Shown here piece by piece: positions 37,392 through 46,254 of a DNA stretch of 64,000 bases. This DNA comes from Thermodesulfobacteriota bacterium. Its GTDB lineage: Bacteria; Desulfobacterota; Desulfobulbia; Desulfobulbales; SURF-16. Position 1 is the stretch's first letter, and every line of letters begins with the position of its first letter. Below the pieces are notes generated by a model. The model was not told where the DNA came from. It saw only the letters and a program-made list of their open reading frames with translations, and made no database searches. The stretch is from positions 20,459 through 84,458 of the forward strand of contig JBDLJA010000001.1 of NCBI GenBank assembly GCA_039714595.1, given 5' to 3'. Position numbers and translations under genes: made by a program.

Positions 37392-39578
37392 TCAAGGCCG
37401 GCTCAGCTTGGCATAGTCGAGATGGAGCTTCTTGAGGCCATGGCGGGGAAAGAGGATCTCAACGGTTTTCGGGGGCAGCAGACGCTGCACCTTACCCTGG
37501 CCAAAGAAGTTGTGGACAAGGGTATCTCCCGCCTTGAGAGCATTGATAGCAAGTGCCCCACCACTGGACTTGGCCACCTCTTCCACCCCCTGGACCCGTC
37601 TCCTGGGCGTCGGCGGGGCAAAGGTGGGGACCTGGGGCGCGCTGCTGGCCAGCACGCCTTGGGGCAGGGCCTCCAGGAAACCACTGAGCATGGCGGCCTG
37701 GGGCATCCGGTCATGACCCACCGTGCGCCGGGGCGCCACTAAGAAGAGATGCTCCATGGCCCGGGTGGCCGCCACGTAAAGGAGGCGGCGCTCCTCCTCC
37801 CGCTCCTGGGGGAGCTGGGCCTGGCCAGAGGGGAACTTGCCCTCCACCAGGTTGAGGACGAACACCTTCTGCCACTCCAGCCCCTTGGCCGAATGGACGG
37901 TGGAGAGGATCAGGCAGTCACCCTCGCCGCCGCCGCCGTTCTCCTCGGGGGGATCCAGGGCGGTGTCATCGAGGAACTCCTGGAGGGTCTCATAACCGCC
38001 AAGTAACTCGCGGAGCTGCTCCAGGTCACGCTGGCGGCTGGGGTAATCGTCCTGATAGAGGCGCTCAAAGATAGGCTGATAGTAATCCATCACCTGATCA
38101 AAGAGGGCAGTGGGGGCGGAAAGGTGGACCAGGGCGTCGAAGGCCTTGACCAGCTCGCCATACTCCTGGCGCCATGACTTGGCCGGTTTATAGGCGGCCA
38201 GCCCCGCTAAAGCGCTCTCATGGTCGGCGATGGCCGTGTAGATCTTGGCCGCCGTCTTGGGCCCCACCTTGGGGAGCTGGAGGAAGATGCGGTGCCAGGA
38301 GAGACGATCCTGGTTATTGGTCAGAACATGGAGGTAGGCGAGGAGATCCTTGATATGGGCCGATTCGGTGAGTTTCAGCCCGCCGCGTTTCTCAAAAGGG
38401 ATCTGCTGGTTCACCAGCTCCAGCTCCAGCTTGTAGGAGTGAAAGCCGGAGCGAAAGAGCACCGCCATATCCTTCAGGGCCACCCCTTCCGCCCGGAAGC
38501 TATTAATCTTCTCCACCACATAGCGGGCCTGCTCCCGCTCATCGATGGCCCGGTGGAGGATCGGCTTGTCCCGCCCTTCGATCTGGGAGAAGAGGGTCTT
38601 GGCAAACTTCTCCTCGGCCTGGGCTATGATGGCGTTGGTGGCCTCGAGGATGGGCTGGACCGAGCGGTAGTTCTCCTCTAAGCGCACCACCTGGCAACCG
38701 GCAAAGAGATCGGGGAACTCCATGATGTTGCGAAAATCCGCCCCGCGGAAGGAGTAGATGGACTGGGCATCGTCCCCCACCACCATGATATTTTTATGCT
38801 CCTCACAGATGAGCTTGACTATCTCGGCCTGGATGCGGTTGGTATCCTGGTACTCATCCACCATCACGTAGCGGAAGCGGGCCGCCACCTCTGCCCTGGC
38901 CTCCGGCTGGTCCCGCAGCACATCACGCAGGTTGACCAGAAGATCATCGTAATCCATCAGGCCATGCTCATGCTTGAAGGCGTGGTAATGATCGCGAATA
39001 TCGTGCAGTTTGCCGCTGAACTCCAGGAGGTGGGCAAAGCGGTCATGGAGATACTCGTCAAAGTCCATGGACTTGTTCACCGCCCCGCTGATCATGTTGA
39101 TGATCACCCTTTTCGAGGGGAAGCGGCGGCCGGCCCCGGTCAGATCCAGGGAGCCCTTGATCAGGTTGATGATCCCCTCGGCATCACCCCGGTCGAGGAT
39201 GGTAAAATTTGCCCCATAACCGAGGAAATGGCCATAACGGCGGAGAAGAAGGTTGGCAACCGAGTGAAAGGTGCCGCCCATGACCCGGGCGGCAGATTGA
39301 TCCATGAGCATGGCGGCCCGGCTGAGCATCTCCTGGGCGGCCTTGCGGGTAAAGGTGAGCAGCAGGATGGAGGAGGGATCAACCCCCTGCTCCACCAGAT
39401 AGGCGAGACGGTGAACCAGGGTCCGGGTCTTACCGGAGCCGGCCCCGGCAATGACCAGCACCGGCCCGTCCACCGTGGTAACGGCCTGGCGCTGGGACGG
39501 ATTTAGACTCTCCAGAAGGGAGGGGGGCGCCCCCCCCTCTCCTTTGTTATCACTGGCAAAAAGAGAAAGCTGTTCCAT
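37392..39578 (-). CDS. UvrD/PcrA/Rep-family ATP-dependent DNA helicase
   Basis: Start at MEQLSLF (ATG comp 39576-39578). LNPSQRQAV, AGAGSGKTRTLV, VMVDEYQDTN, TVHSAKGLEW motifs. Confidence 0.9.
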   Translation of the reverse strand: MEQLSLFASDNKGEGGAPPSLLESLNPSQRQAVTTVDGPVLVIAGAGSGKTRTLVHRLAYLVEQGVDPSSILLLTFTRKAAQEMLSRAAMLMDQSAARVMGGTFHSVANLLLRRYGHFLGYGANFTILDRGDAEGIINLIKGSLDLTGAGRRFPSKRVIINMISGAVNKSMDFDEYLHDRFAHLLEFSGKLHDIRDHYHAFKHEHGLMDYDDLLVNLRDVLRDQPEARAEVAARFRYVMVDEYQDTNRIQAEIVKLICEEHKNIMVVGDDAQSIYSFRGADFRNIMEFPDLFAGCQVVRLEENYRSVQPILEATNAIIAQAEEKFAKTLFSQIEGRDKPILHRAIDEREQARYVVEKINSFRAEGVALKDMAVLFRSGFHSYKLELELVNQQIPFEKRGGLKLTESAHIKDLLAYLHVLTNNQDRLSWHRIFLQLPKVGPKTAAKIYTAIADHESALAGLAAYKPAKSWRQEYGELVKAFDALVHLSAPTALFDQVMDYYQPIFERLYQDDYPSRQRDLEQLRELLGGYETLQEFLDDTALDPPEENGGGGEGDCLILSTVHSAKGLEWQKVFVLNLVEGKFPSGQAQLPQEREEERRLLYVAATRAMEHLFLVAPRRTVGHDRMPQAAMLSGFLEALPQGVLASSAPQVPTFAPPTPRRRVQGVEEVAKSSGGALAINALKAGDTLVHNFFGQGKVQRLLPPKTVEILFPRHGLKKLHLDYAKLSRP

Positions 39579-39766
39579 GGCCGCAACCTTAACACAGTGG
39601 AGGCAATTTTCAAGATGAAGCAGGGAGGCCCTGTAAAGATTGACCCTGCCAGGCAAAACGGGTATATTGCGCCCCGGTTTAGGCCAGATGACGAGCTGAA
39701 ATTCCCTTGGCCCTTCCCCATAAGCCGACCCACCCACCAAAAGAATCAAAGAAAGGAAGTAGACCC

Positions 39767-40159
39767 ATGCCTGATATGAACCAGCTATTTACCGATGATG
39801 TGTGCGACAACCTGTTTCCGGCCAACCGGGCCGATGATTTCTTCGAGGCCCTCTTTGGCGATGCCAGTGAAGGGTCCTACGACATTGCCCTGCGCTATGA
39901 CGGCTTTGACCAGGAGGCCAACACCCTCCATTTCCTCTTGAACCTGAGCCAGCGCCCCGGCTGCTGCCTGGCCTGCAACCTCACCTATGGCCTGCCCCAG
40001 GTCTTCTCCCGCCATCCGGTCATTAACCTCAACGGGGTGGAAAAGGAGATAAATAAGCTCTTGGGGCCAGACTATGAGACCAGCGGCTGGCAATTAAAGT
40101 CCACCCGCTCCACCTCCAGCGAACTGCACCAGATCCCCTACGTGGTCTCTTTAAGCTGA
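39767..40159 (+). CDS. Conserved hypothetical protein (CCxxC motif)
   Basis: Start at MPDMNQLFTDD (ATG 39767, AAGGAAG SD). 130 aa with no recognised domain. Its 3' end overlaps the convergent PHP gene by 22 nt. Confidence 0.5.
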   Translation: MPDMNQLFTDDVCDNLFPANRADDFFEALFGDASEGSYDIALRYDGFDQEANTLHFLLNLSQRPGCCLACNLTYGLPQVFSRHPVINLNGVEKEINKLLGPDYETSGWQLKSTRSTSSELHQIPYVVSLS

Positions 40160-40911
40160 TCACTGTTAAAATAACGGCCCACATCCTCGGGCCTGTGGGC
40201 ATCTGAGCCGTAAACAAAGTTCAGGCCAATGGCCCTGGCCTGATCCCTGATCCAGGCGGCCGGGAACGCGTCGCGGCCCAGGGCCAGGCCCGAGGTGTTC
40301 ACCTCCAGGGCCACCCCCCTCTCCGCCATGGCGTGAAGAATCGCCGTCACCAGTTGCCGATGCTCGTCTTGCCACTGAACATCAGCGCTGTGCCGCAGGA
40401 CCGCGTCCAGGTGACAGACCGCACTGACAGGCAACTCCCGCACCCCGCGCAAGAGCCCGGCCAGATAGAGCCGTAACACCTCATCGTGCCCCAGCCGGGC
40501 GAGACCGATGGTATTGCGCGCCTTGCGGCTCACCATATTAAGGTGCCCCCCCTGACCACAGGCCAGAAAGTGGTATGAGAGCCCCACCCGGGCCCAGGGG
40601 TAGGAGTCGATAAAGGCGCGGGTCTCGGCCAGCCCCTCAAGGTTCAGGCCAACCTCCACCCCTACCCCCACCTTGATCCGCCCCCCATAACGGGCGGACA
40701 ATCTCTCCCCCTCCTGCTGATAGCGGACAAAATCGGCTGGGAAAAGCCAGGTCCGCTCAAAATAATCAATCCCCCACTCAAAATGCTCCAGGAAGATGAT
40801 CTCGGCCAAGCCCTGGGCCAGGGCCGCCTGGACGTAATCCTCCATCTCACCTGTGGCGTGGCCGCAGAGGGAGGTATGGACATGGCCGTCGCAGCTTAAG
40901 GGATCAGTCAT
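40138..40911 (-). CDS. PHP-domain phosphoesterase (histidinol-phosphatase HisJ/K-like)
   Basis: MTDPLSCDGHVHTSLCGHATGEMEDYV...IFLEHF is a PHP metal-binding signature. The start ATG overlaps the cbiO stop (ATGACTGA). Confidence 0.7.
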   Translation of the reverse strand: MTDPLSCDGHVHTSLCGHATGEMEDYVQAALAQGLAEIIFLEHFEWGIDYFERTWLFPADFVRYQQEGERLSARYGGRIKVGVGVEVGLNLEGLAETRAFIDSYPWARVGLSYHFLACGQGGHLNMVSRKARNTIGLARLGHDEVLRLYLAGLLRGVRELPVSAVCHLDAVLRHSADVQWQDEHRQLVTAILHAMAERGVALEVNTSGLALGRDAFPAAWIRDQARAIGLNFVYGSDAHRPEDVGRYFNSDQLKETT

Positions 40912-41629
40912 GGCCATGGGCATGGGGCCGGTCGCCATGGAGATGGATATGGGCATGGCTGTGGAGCTGGGCGGTGGCGCCCTCTTCCAGCCCGCCTCCC
41001 GTAAGAGAGTAGATGATATCGCATGTCTCCTGGAGAAAATCAAAATCGTGGGATATGAGGAGATAGGGCAGCGGGATCACCTTAAGGATTGCCATGAGGC
41101 TCTCGCGGCTGGCGGGATCGAGATTATTGCTCGGCTCATCAAGCAGGAGCAGGCGCGGTTCCATCACCAGGATGGTGGCTAAAGAGACCAGCTTCTTTTC
41201 ACCACCTGAAAGATGATGGGTGACGCGGTGGGCCAGATGATCCAGCCCCAGGCCGCTTAAGGTGGTCATGGCCCGCTGGCGCGCCTCACCGGGCGTGGCG
41301 CCCAGGTTTAAAGGGCCAAAGGCCACATCCTCTATTACGGTGGGGGAAAAAAGCTGGTCATCGGCATCCTGGAACAGATAGCCCACATGGCGGCGCAACT
41401 GGCGCCACTGGTCGCGGCTCTCCACCCTGGCGCCGTCAAGGAGGAGAGCGCCACTGGCGGGTTGACTCAAGCCCATGACTATGTTGAACAGGGTTGTCTT
41501 GCCGGAACCATTGGCACCGACGAGCCCCACCCGCCCCTGGCCCAGCTGGAGATTCACCCCCTTAAGGAGCTCCTCGCCGCCAGGATGGTGGTAAGAGATA
41601 TCGCGCAACTCAATGATGGAATCCTTCAC
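40904..41629 (-). CDS. cbiO: ECF/Cbi-Nik transporter ATPase subunit with a His-rich C-terminal tail
   Basis: Walker A GANGSGKTT, signature LSGGEKK, Walker B LLLLDEP. Tail HSHAHIHLHGDRPHAHGHD. Confidence 0.85.
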   Translation of the reverse strand: MKDSIIELRDISYHHPGGEELLKGVNLQLGQGRVGLVGANGSGKTTLFNIVMGLSQPASGALLLDGARVESRDQWRQLRRHVGYLFQDADDQLFSPTVIEDVAFGPLNLGATPGEARQRAMTTLSGLGLDHLAHRVTHHLSGGEKKLVSLATILVMEPRLLLLDEPSNNLDPASRESLMAILKVIPLPYLLISHDFDFLQETCDIIYSLTGGGLEEGATAQLHSHAHIHLHGDRPHAHGHD

Positions 41630-42384
41630 CAGGTACCCCCCGCTCTCAGCTCAAGGCCAGTAATAAAAAAGAGGCCGGCCAGCCCCATGGTGAGGAGAAG
41701 CAGGTCAGCCCGCCCCAGGTCAGTTACCGTTAAGCCATGGTAACGGCCGGTAAAACCGCGCAGGACCATGGCCTGCTGGACCCGCTGGCCCCGGCGCCAG
41801 CCCCGGACCAGGGTCATACCGATCATATTGCCGTAGGTCCGGTAGGTGTGCAGCGAGGTGGTGGGTACGAAGCCGCGCAGGGTGGCCGCCCGCCTGAGAC
41901 GGTCAAATTCTTTAGTGAGGACAAAGATGTAACGATAGGTGTAGAGGAGAAGGAGGCAGAACTTCTCCGGCACCAGGAGCAGCTGCAGGGCCTGGCCCAG
42001 TACGGCCAGGGATGAGGTGGCGACCAGGGCCAGGAGAAGCAGGACGATGGCGTTGCTCTTCAGGGTAATAAGCAGGGCCATCTCAAGGCCACGCTGATTT
42101 ACGGCCAGCGGCCCCAGCTCAAGATCCGCCTCTCCCACCAGGGGCAGGGTGAGCCAGAGCAGGAGAATAAAAACATTGACCATGGCCAAGCGGGCCAGCA
42201 CCTGGCGTAGGGGAAGACGGGCAAGCAGAACTAACCCCAGAGCCAGCCCCAAGCCCAGCAGGGCCACGGGCCAGCTGGCCAGCAGGGAGAGCAGCAGGGA
42301 AAAGAGCAGAGCAAGGACCACCTTAACCCGGCCGTCCCTCTGATGAAGCCAGGAGGTGCCACTGCTGAAGGGTTCAAAAACCAT
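41626..42384 (-). CDS. cbiQ: ECF transporter transmembrane (T) component CbiQ/NikQ
   Basis: 252-aa polytopic ORF of CbiQ type (ARG-containing C-terminal coupling helices: AATLRGF...MVLRGF). ATGA overlap with cbiO. Confidence 0.8.
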   Translation of the reverse strand: MVFEPFSSGTSWLHQRDGRVKVVLALLFSLLLSLLASWPVALLGLGLALGLVLLARLPLRQVLARLAMVNVFILLLWLTLPLVGEADLELGPLAVNQRGLEMALLITLKSNAIVLLLLALVATSSLAVLGQALQLLLVPEKFCLLLLYTYRYIFVLTKEFDRLRRAATLRGFVPTTSLHTYRTYGNMIGMTLVRGWRRGQRVQQAMVLRGFTGRYHGLTVTDLGRADLLLLTMGLAGLFFITGLELRAGGTW

Positions 42385-42386
42385 TG

Positions 42387-42956
42387 CTAATCACCCTTCC
42401 TCCGGCCGCGCCACCAGGCAAAGAGACCGGCCAACCCCACGATGTAACCAACACCAGCCAGGGCGTCAGCCAGCCCAGGCTGGCGGATGCTCTGCGCCGC
42501 CAACTGTCGGCGCAGAGGGGCCAGTTGCCGCTCCACCTCCTGGGCCACGATAGGGCGCAGGTCCTCCCCGTTGGCGGAGAGTGGCGCAGAGAGGGCGGCC
42601 GGGGGAATTTCCGTCTCCCCCCCCTTCTCACCCGCCTCAAGGGGCCACTGGGCCTGGTGGCCCTGACCACAGTTAACCGTGACCAGCATATCCCCCGGGT
42701 AATCGGGCCAGGCCAGGGTGGCCTTACCGGCGCTGTCCGTCTCTCCCTGGCCCAGCTGCCTTGAATCGGCCCGGGCCAGGAGGGTAACAGCACAGCCCTG
42801 GGCCGGCCGCTGGCCGCCAAAGTACGATTCCACCTGCAGACGCCCCTGCTCCCTGTAGGCGAAGACCGACATCTGATGGGCCCCGGCCGTTGGCGGCAGG
42901 GCAAGGGACAAGACGGCGGCAGCAACCAGCAATAGCAAAGAATTAATATTGATCAT
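42387..42956 (-). CDS. Periplasm-facing accessory component of the Ni/Co uptake system (NikL/NikK-like, transthyretin-like beta domain, C-terminal TM anchor)
   Basis: 189-aa ORF. The signal peptide ends AGA|HQM, so the mature N-terminus is His. Has a beta-rich domain and a C-terminal TM helix (GVGYIVGLAGLFAWW). Sits between cbiM and cbiQ with an ATGA overlap. Confidence 0.5.
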   Translation of the reverse strand: MININSLLLLVAAAVLSLALPPTAGAHQMSVFAYREQGRLQVESYFGGQRPAQGCAVTLLARADSRQLGQGETDSAGKATLAWPDYPGDMLVTVNCGQGHQAQWPLEAGEKGGETEIPPAALSAPLSANGEDLRPIVAQEVERQLAPLRRQLAAQSIRQPGLADALAGVGYIVGLAGLFAWWRGRRKGD

Positions 42957-43552
42957 CTCTGCCCCAGCATCTCCGGCTCAACCCGGGCCAGGAAACGGAC
43001 CACAACCATGGTTATCAGACCCTCAATCAGCATGACAGGCAGATGGGCCAGCAGAACCAGACGGGCGGTGAGGAGAAACTGCTCATCGGTGGAGATCAAG
43101 ACCAGGGCCAGAAGGAGGCCGGAGAGGGCAATGGCCCCGGCCCCGGCCGCAAAGGCGGCAATTTCCATCCTCCGCCCCGGTCGAGCCAGGTGAGGCCGGG
43201 CCAGGAGGCCACAGAGCAGGGCGGGCCCGGCAATAATAACGATATTTGCCCCCAGGGCGGTGAAACCGCCAAACTGAAAGAAGATCGCCTGTAAGAGCAG
43301 GGCCACAGCAATGACCGGCACGCAACCCCACCCCAGCAGCAGCCCCATGAGCCCGTTTAACAGGAGGTGAACCGATCCCGGTCCAAGCGGCACATGGAGC
43401 AGGGAGGCGACAAAAAATGTTGCGGCCAACAGGGCGGGGGTCATGATCCGCTCCGGATCAATGGCCCGTAACCCGGCCACGGTCCCCACCGCGGCCAGGG
43501 CCGCCCCGCCAACGATGAGAGGGGCGTTTAATATTCCTTCAGATATATGCAT
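42953..43552 (-). CDS. cbiM: Ni/Co ECF transporter substrate-capture component CbiM/NikM
   Basis: 199-aa polytopic ORF beginning MHISEGIL, the conserved Met-His metal-binding N-terminus of CbiM/NikM. Confidence 0.85.
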   Translation of the reverse strand: MHISEGILNAPLIVGGAALAAVGTVAGLRAIDPERIMTPALLAATFFVASLLHVPLGPGSVHLLLNGLMGLLLGWGCVPVIAVALLLQAIFFQFGGFTALGANIVIIAGPALLCGLLARPHLARPGRRMEIAAFAAGAGAIALSGLLLALVLISTDEQFLLTARLVLLAHLPVMLIEGLITMVVVRFLARVEPEMLGQR

Positions 43553-43689
43553 TTTTATTACTTTATTATTGGCAGCTGCTTTTACCTGTTGTTAAAAACG
43601 CTGGTAAAGGCGGCAGATAGCTAACGGCTCATTGAAACCCACCACCTGCCGCCCACCTTTACTGCCCCAGGGTATCCCTGAAAGAAATA

Positions 43690-44100
43690 TCAATGGAGAT
43701 TCTGGCCGGTGGAGCTCATGGCCAGCTTGCCGTCGCGCACCCCGCGCAGGGAGATGAGGCGGTGGGCCAGACCCTGCACGTCTCGGGCCTTGCCCCGGAC
43801 GATAATCACCTCCAGGCAGTTATGGTGGTCCATATGGACATGGGTGGTGGAGACAATCAGATCATGCTGATCATGCTGCTGCTCGGTCACCTTTTCCTGC
43901 AGCTTATGCTGGTGATGGTCATAGACCAGGGAGATAACCCCCATGACATCCTTATCCGCCGCCCACTCATCCTTGACAAAGGCGTTTCGGATGAGATCGC
44001 GAATGGCCTCGGAACGATTCTCATAGCGCCGGCGGCGGCTGAAATCATCAAAATCCGCCAGCAGATCCTCATCAAGGGAGATGGAAAAACGCTTTAACAT
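43690..44100 (-). CDS. nikR: Nickel-responsive transcriptional regulator NikR
   Basis: 136-aa ORF. RHH domain RFSISLDEDLLADFDDFSRRRRYENRSEAIRDLIR, with high-affinity site residues (HVHMDHHNCLEV). Confidence 0.92.
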   Translation of the reverse strand: MLKRFSISLDEDLLADFDDFSRRRRYENRSEAIRDLIRNAFVKDEWAADKDVMGVISLVYDHHQHKLQEKVTEQQHDQHDLIVSTTHVHMDHHNCLEVIIVRGKARDVQGLAHRLISLRGVRDGKLAMSSTGQNLH

Positions 44101-44284
44101 TTTTACTCCTACCCACCGTGGGGGGGGAATTTAAGACAAAATCGCGGGACTTAAGGCAGCCACCAATCACACCAAAACAAATTTCGTGTTACTGTAGCCG
44201 ATAAGGTTACGATTAACCACAAAAAAAGGCTGCCCCCAAAGGGGCAGCCTTGAACATAAGCCTTATACAGCTTGAGGCCTGGGG

Positions 44285-45649
44285 CTATTCGGTGATGGAA
44301 CAGTCGTTACCGTCGCACTCCACCTCGGCCATGAGAAAATAGGCGTTGTAATCACGCTTCTTCAGCTCTTTATAGGCCATCTCGGCCCGGGCACCGGTGG
44401 TGCAGTGGATAAAGATCTTCTGACCCTTGTCCACATTTTTGATCCGGCAGATGAAGTTATCCATCTCCTTGCACAACTCATCCAGGGGGATATGCTGGGA
44501 GGTCTTGAACTTGCCTTCGGCAACCTCATCCCTGGTCCGGACGTCAAGGACAATCGCCTTGGAGGGATTTTTCAAGGCGGCCTCAAATTCAGCCACGGAG
44601 ACCTCGCCTTCACCCAGGATACGGACCCAGGTCACCTCGGTATTCACCGGTCCCTTCTTCAGGGTGCCACCCACCCTCTTCCAACCACGGAAACCGCCTT
44701 CCACCAGGGAGACCTTCCTATAACCCTCTTCGCGCAGCTTCTTCATGGCGGCCAGGGTATCTTTATCCTTGTCGCTGTAGAGGACCACCGGCGCCTTCGT
44801 GGGGATATCCTCCCAGAGGTCATCCGCCATAAAATCCTTGAAGGGCATGTTCACCGAACGGGGGATGCGGGACTCGGCATCGGCCTTGGCACTGCGGAGA
44901 TCGACAAGGACGATGTTTCCGCGGCAGACCCAGCCGTAGTTGGCGTAGGTGGGATAACCCGCCTTCTGCCAGGCCGGCTCACCTTCGAGCATTACTTTGA
45001 TATTTTTATAACCTGCTTTGACCGCCTGACCGGCGGACTTGGGGCTCATGCCTCAGGTGGGCCCTCCACAGTAAAAGACAAGCAGTTTATTCTTGTCCTT
45101 GGGCAGGTTCTGCAAAAGTTCCTGCATCTCACAGACCGGGATGGAGATCGAGCCAGGGAGATGGGAGGCGGCATAGCGCTTGCCAGGCCGGGAATCAACG
45201 AGGAGAAAATCCGCGTTCTTGTCCTGTAAGGCCTTGACATCCTTCGCACTTATTTTCTCCACGCCAGGCGGCAACTTGGCCAGCTTGGGCTTGATATTCG
45301 TGGCAAAGGGCTTGCCGTCCCGCATCTCATAGGCGATGATGGCGGCATGGCCCTTGGAGGCATGCTCCACGCCCGTGGTGGCCTCGTCAAAGGAGACCAT
45401 GACTGTCTTGGCCTTGGCCCCCTTGCCCACCTGAATGGAAATCTGCTTGGCCTTGTTGGACTTGCCAACGACCTTGCCCTTATACACCTTTTGCTGTTTT
45501 TTCTGCGTTGCAGCAGCAGCCGGAGCAGCGGGTGCGCTAGCGTCAGCAGCCTTGGTCCCACCACCGCCGCCAGTGGCGCAGCCGGTGAGGAGCAGAGCAG
45601 TAAGGGCCAGGGCTGGCCCTGTGCCTTTAAGAATTGACGTAAAGTTCAT
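44285..45649 (-). CDS. Triple-rhodanese lipoprotein, selenocysteine-containing (in-frame UGA at comp 45053-45055)
   Basis: Track ORFs 45053..45649 and 44285..45049 are in the same frame, separated by TGA plus one Gly codon: LLVFYCGGPT-U-GMSPKSAGQAVKAGYKNIKVMLEGEPAWQKAGYP. The junction lies inside a single rhodanese fold. AAGGAGG SD, signal peptide with LLTGC. Third domain has HCTTGARA. Confidence 0.75.
45022..45036 (-). promoter_or_regulatory. SECIS-like hairpin core for the rhodanese gene
   Basis: mRNA CCGCC-GGUCA-GGCGG starts 16 nt after the UGA. The GGU-containing apical loop resembles the E. coli fdhF SECIS loop (GGUC). Confidence 0.55.
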
Positions 45650-46058
45650 TCAAACCTCCTTAAACATAGGATTTCACGAAGGGCACCAGAGGCACCATTT
45701 AGCAAGCATAATATCGACCATTATCTATAGCAATATACATACCATGCAATTACCAAGCCCCATTTTAGCCGCATATCCCTGACTACCAAGCCTTCGCCTC
45801 ACTAGCCAACCCACTCTCCGGACAACAACCCCCTGCAAACAAACTTGACAAGCCGCCCCGCCGCAAATTCGGAACCAGAGACAACTCCCAAAAGTATGGG
45901 GCTTAGTGACCAATGGTCCCAGCGCAAAAAAACAATGCCCAGCAAAAAATTTTGCAGGACATTTGGCAACCGGCCAAAATTTCAGCGCCGGCTGGAGATT
46001 GGCAGGGCAGTAGCACCTTTAAAGGGTGCCCTTATCGTTTTCGGCAAAAGGAGGGATA

Positions 46059-46087
46059 GTAAAAAAAACAGCCCGGTACGGGCTGTT
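46059..46087 (-). terminator. Rho-independent terminator for the 46255-46950 gene
   Basis: Perfect 9-bp stem AACAGCCCG/CGGGCTGTT (46067-46087) with a GTA loop. The A8 run on the plus strand gives a U-run on the minus-strand transcript. Confidence 0.75.
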
Positions 46088-46254
46088 AATTACCTTGTGC
46101 CAACTTGAAACAGATTGAATCTGCGCTACTACCCTTAGACTGACAGAGGTTAAGCATGGGCCAGGCTGGCTACTAGCCTGGGCCTAGCCAAAACTCCCCC
46201 CTTCCCTATCCGCGTCATCGAGCAGAGGACCCAGAGGAGCGGCACCCCTTTACC

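Noticed and set aside
42384-42389. Stop of the NikL-like gene almost abutting the cbiQ ATG; checked as a possible further read-through or recoding site.
   Set aside because: The two genes are in different frames with a 2-nt gap, and both products are complete family members. This is ordinary translational coupling.
43553-43689. Cobalamin riboswitch upstream of cbiM.
   Set aside because: There is no B12-box-like sequence, and the adjacent NikR gene provides a protein-based regulator instead. I treat the operon as nickel-specific.
45650-46254. ORFs 45725..45913- and 45845..46108+ in the spacer upstream of the rhodanese gene, and the possibility of a further small UGA-containing gene there.
   Set aside because: No SD is present, the compositions are highly basic or Cys-rich and look random, and no in-frame continuation across stops makes a recognisable domain.
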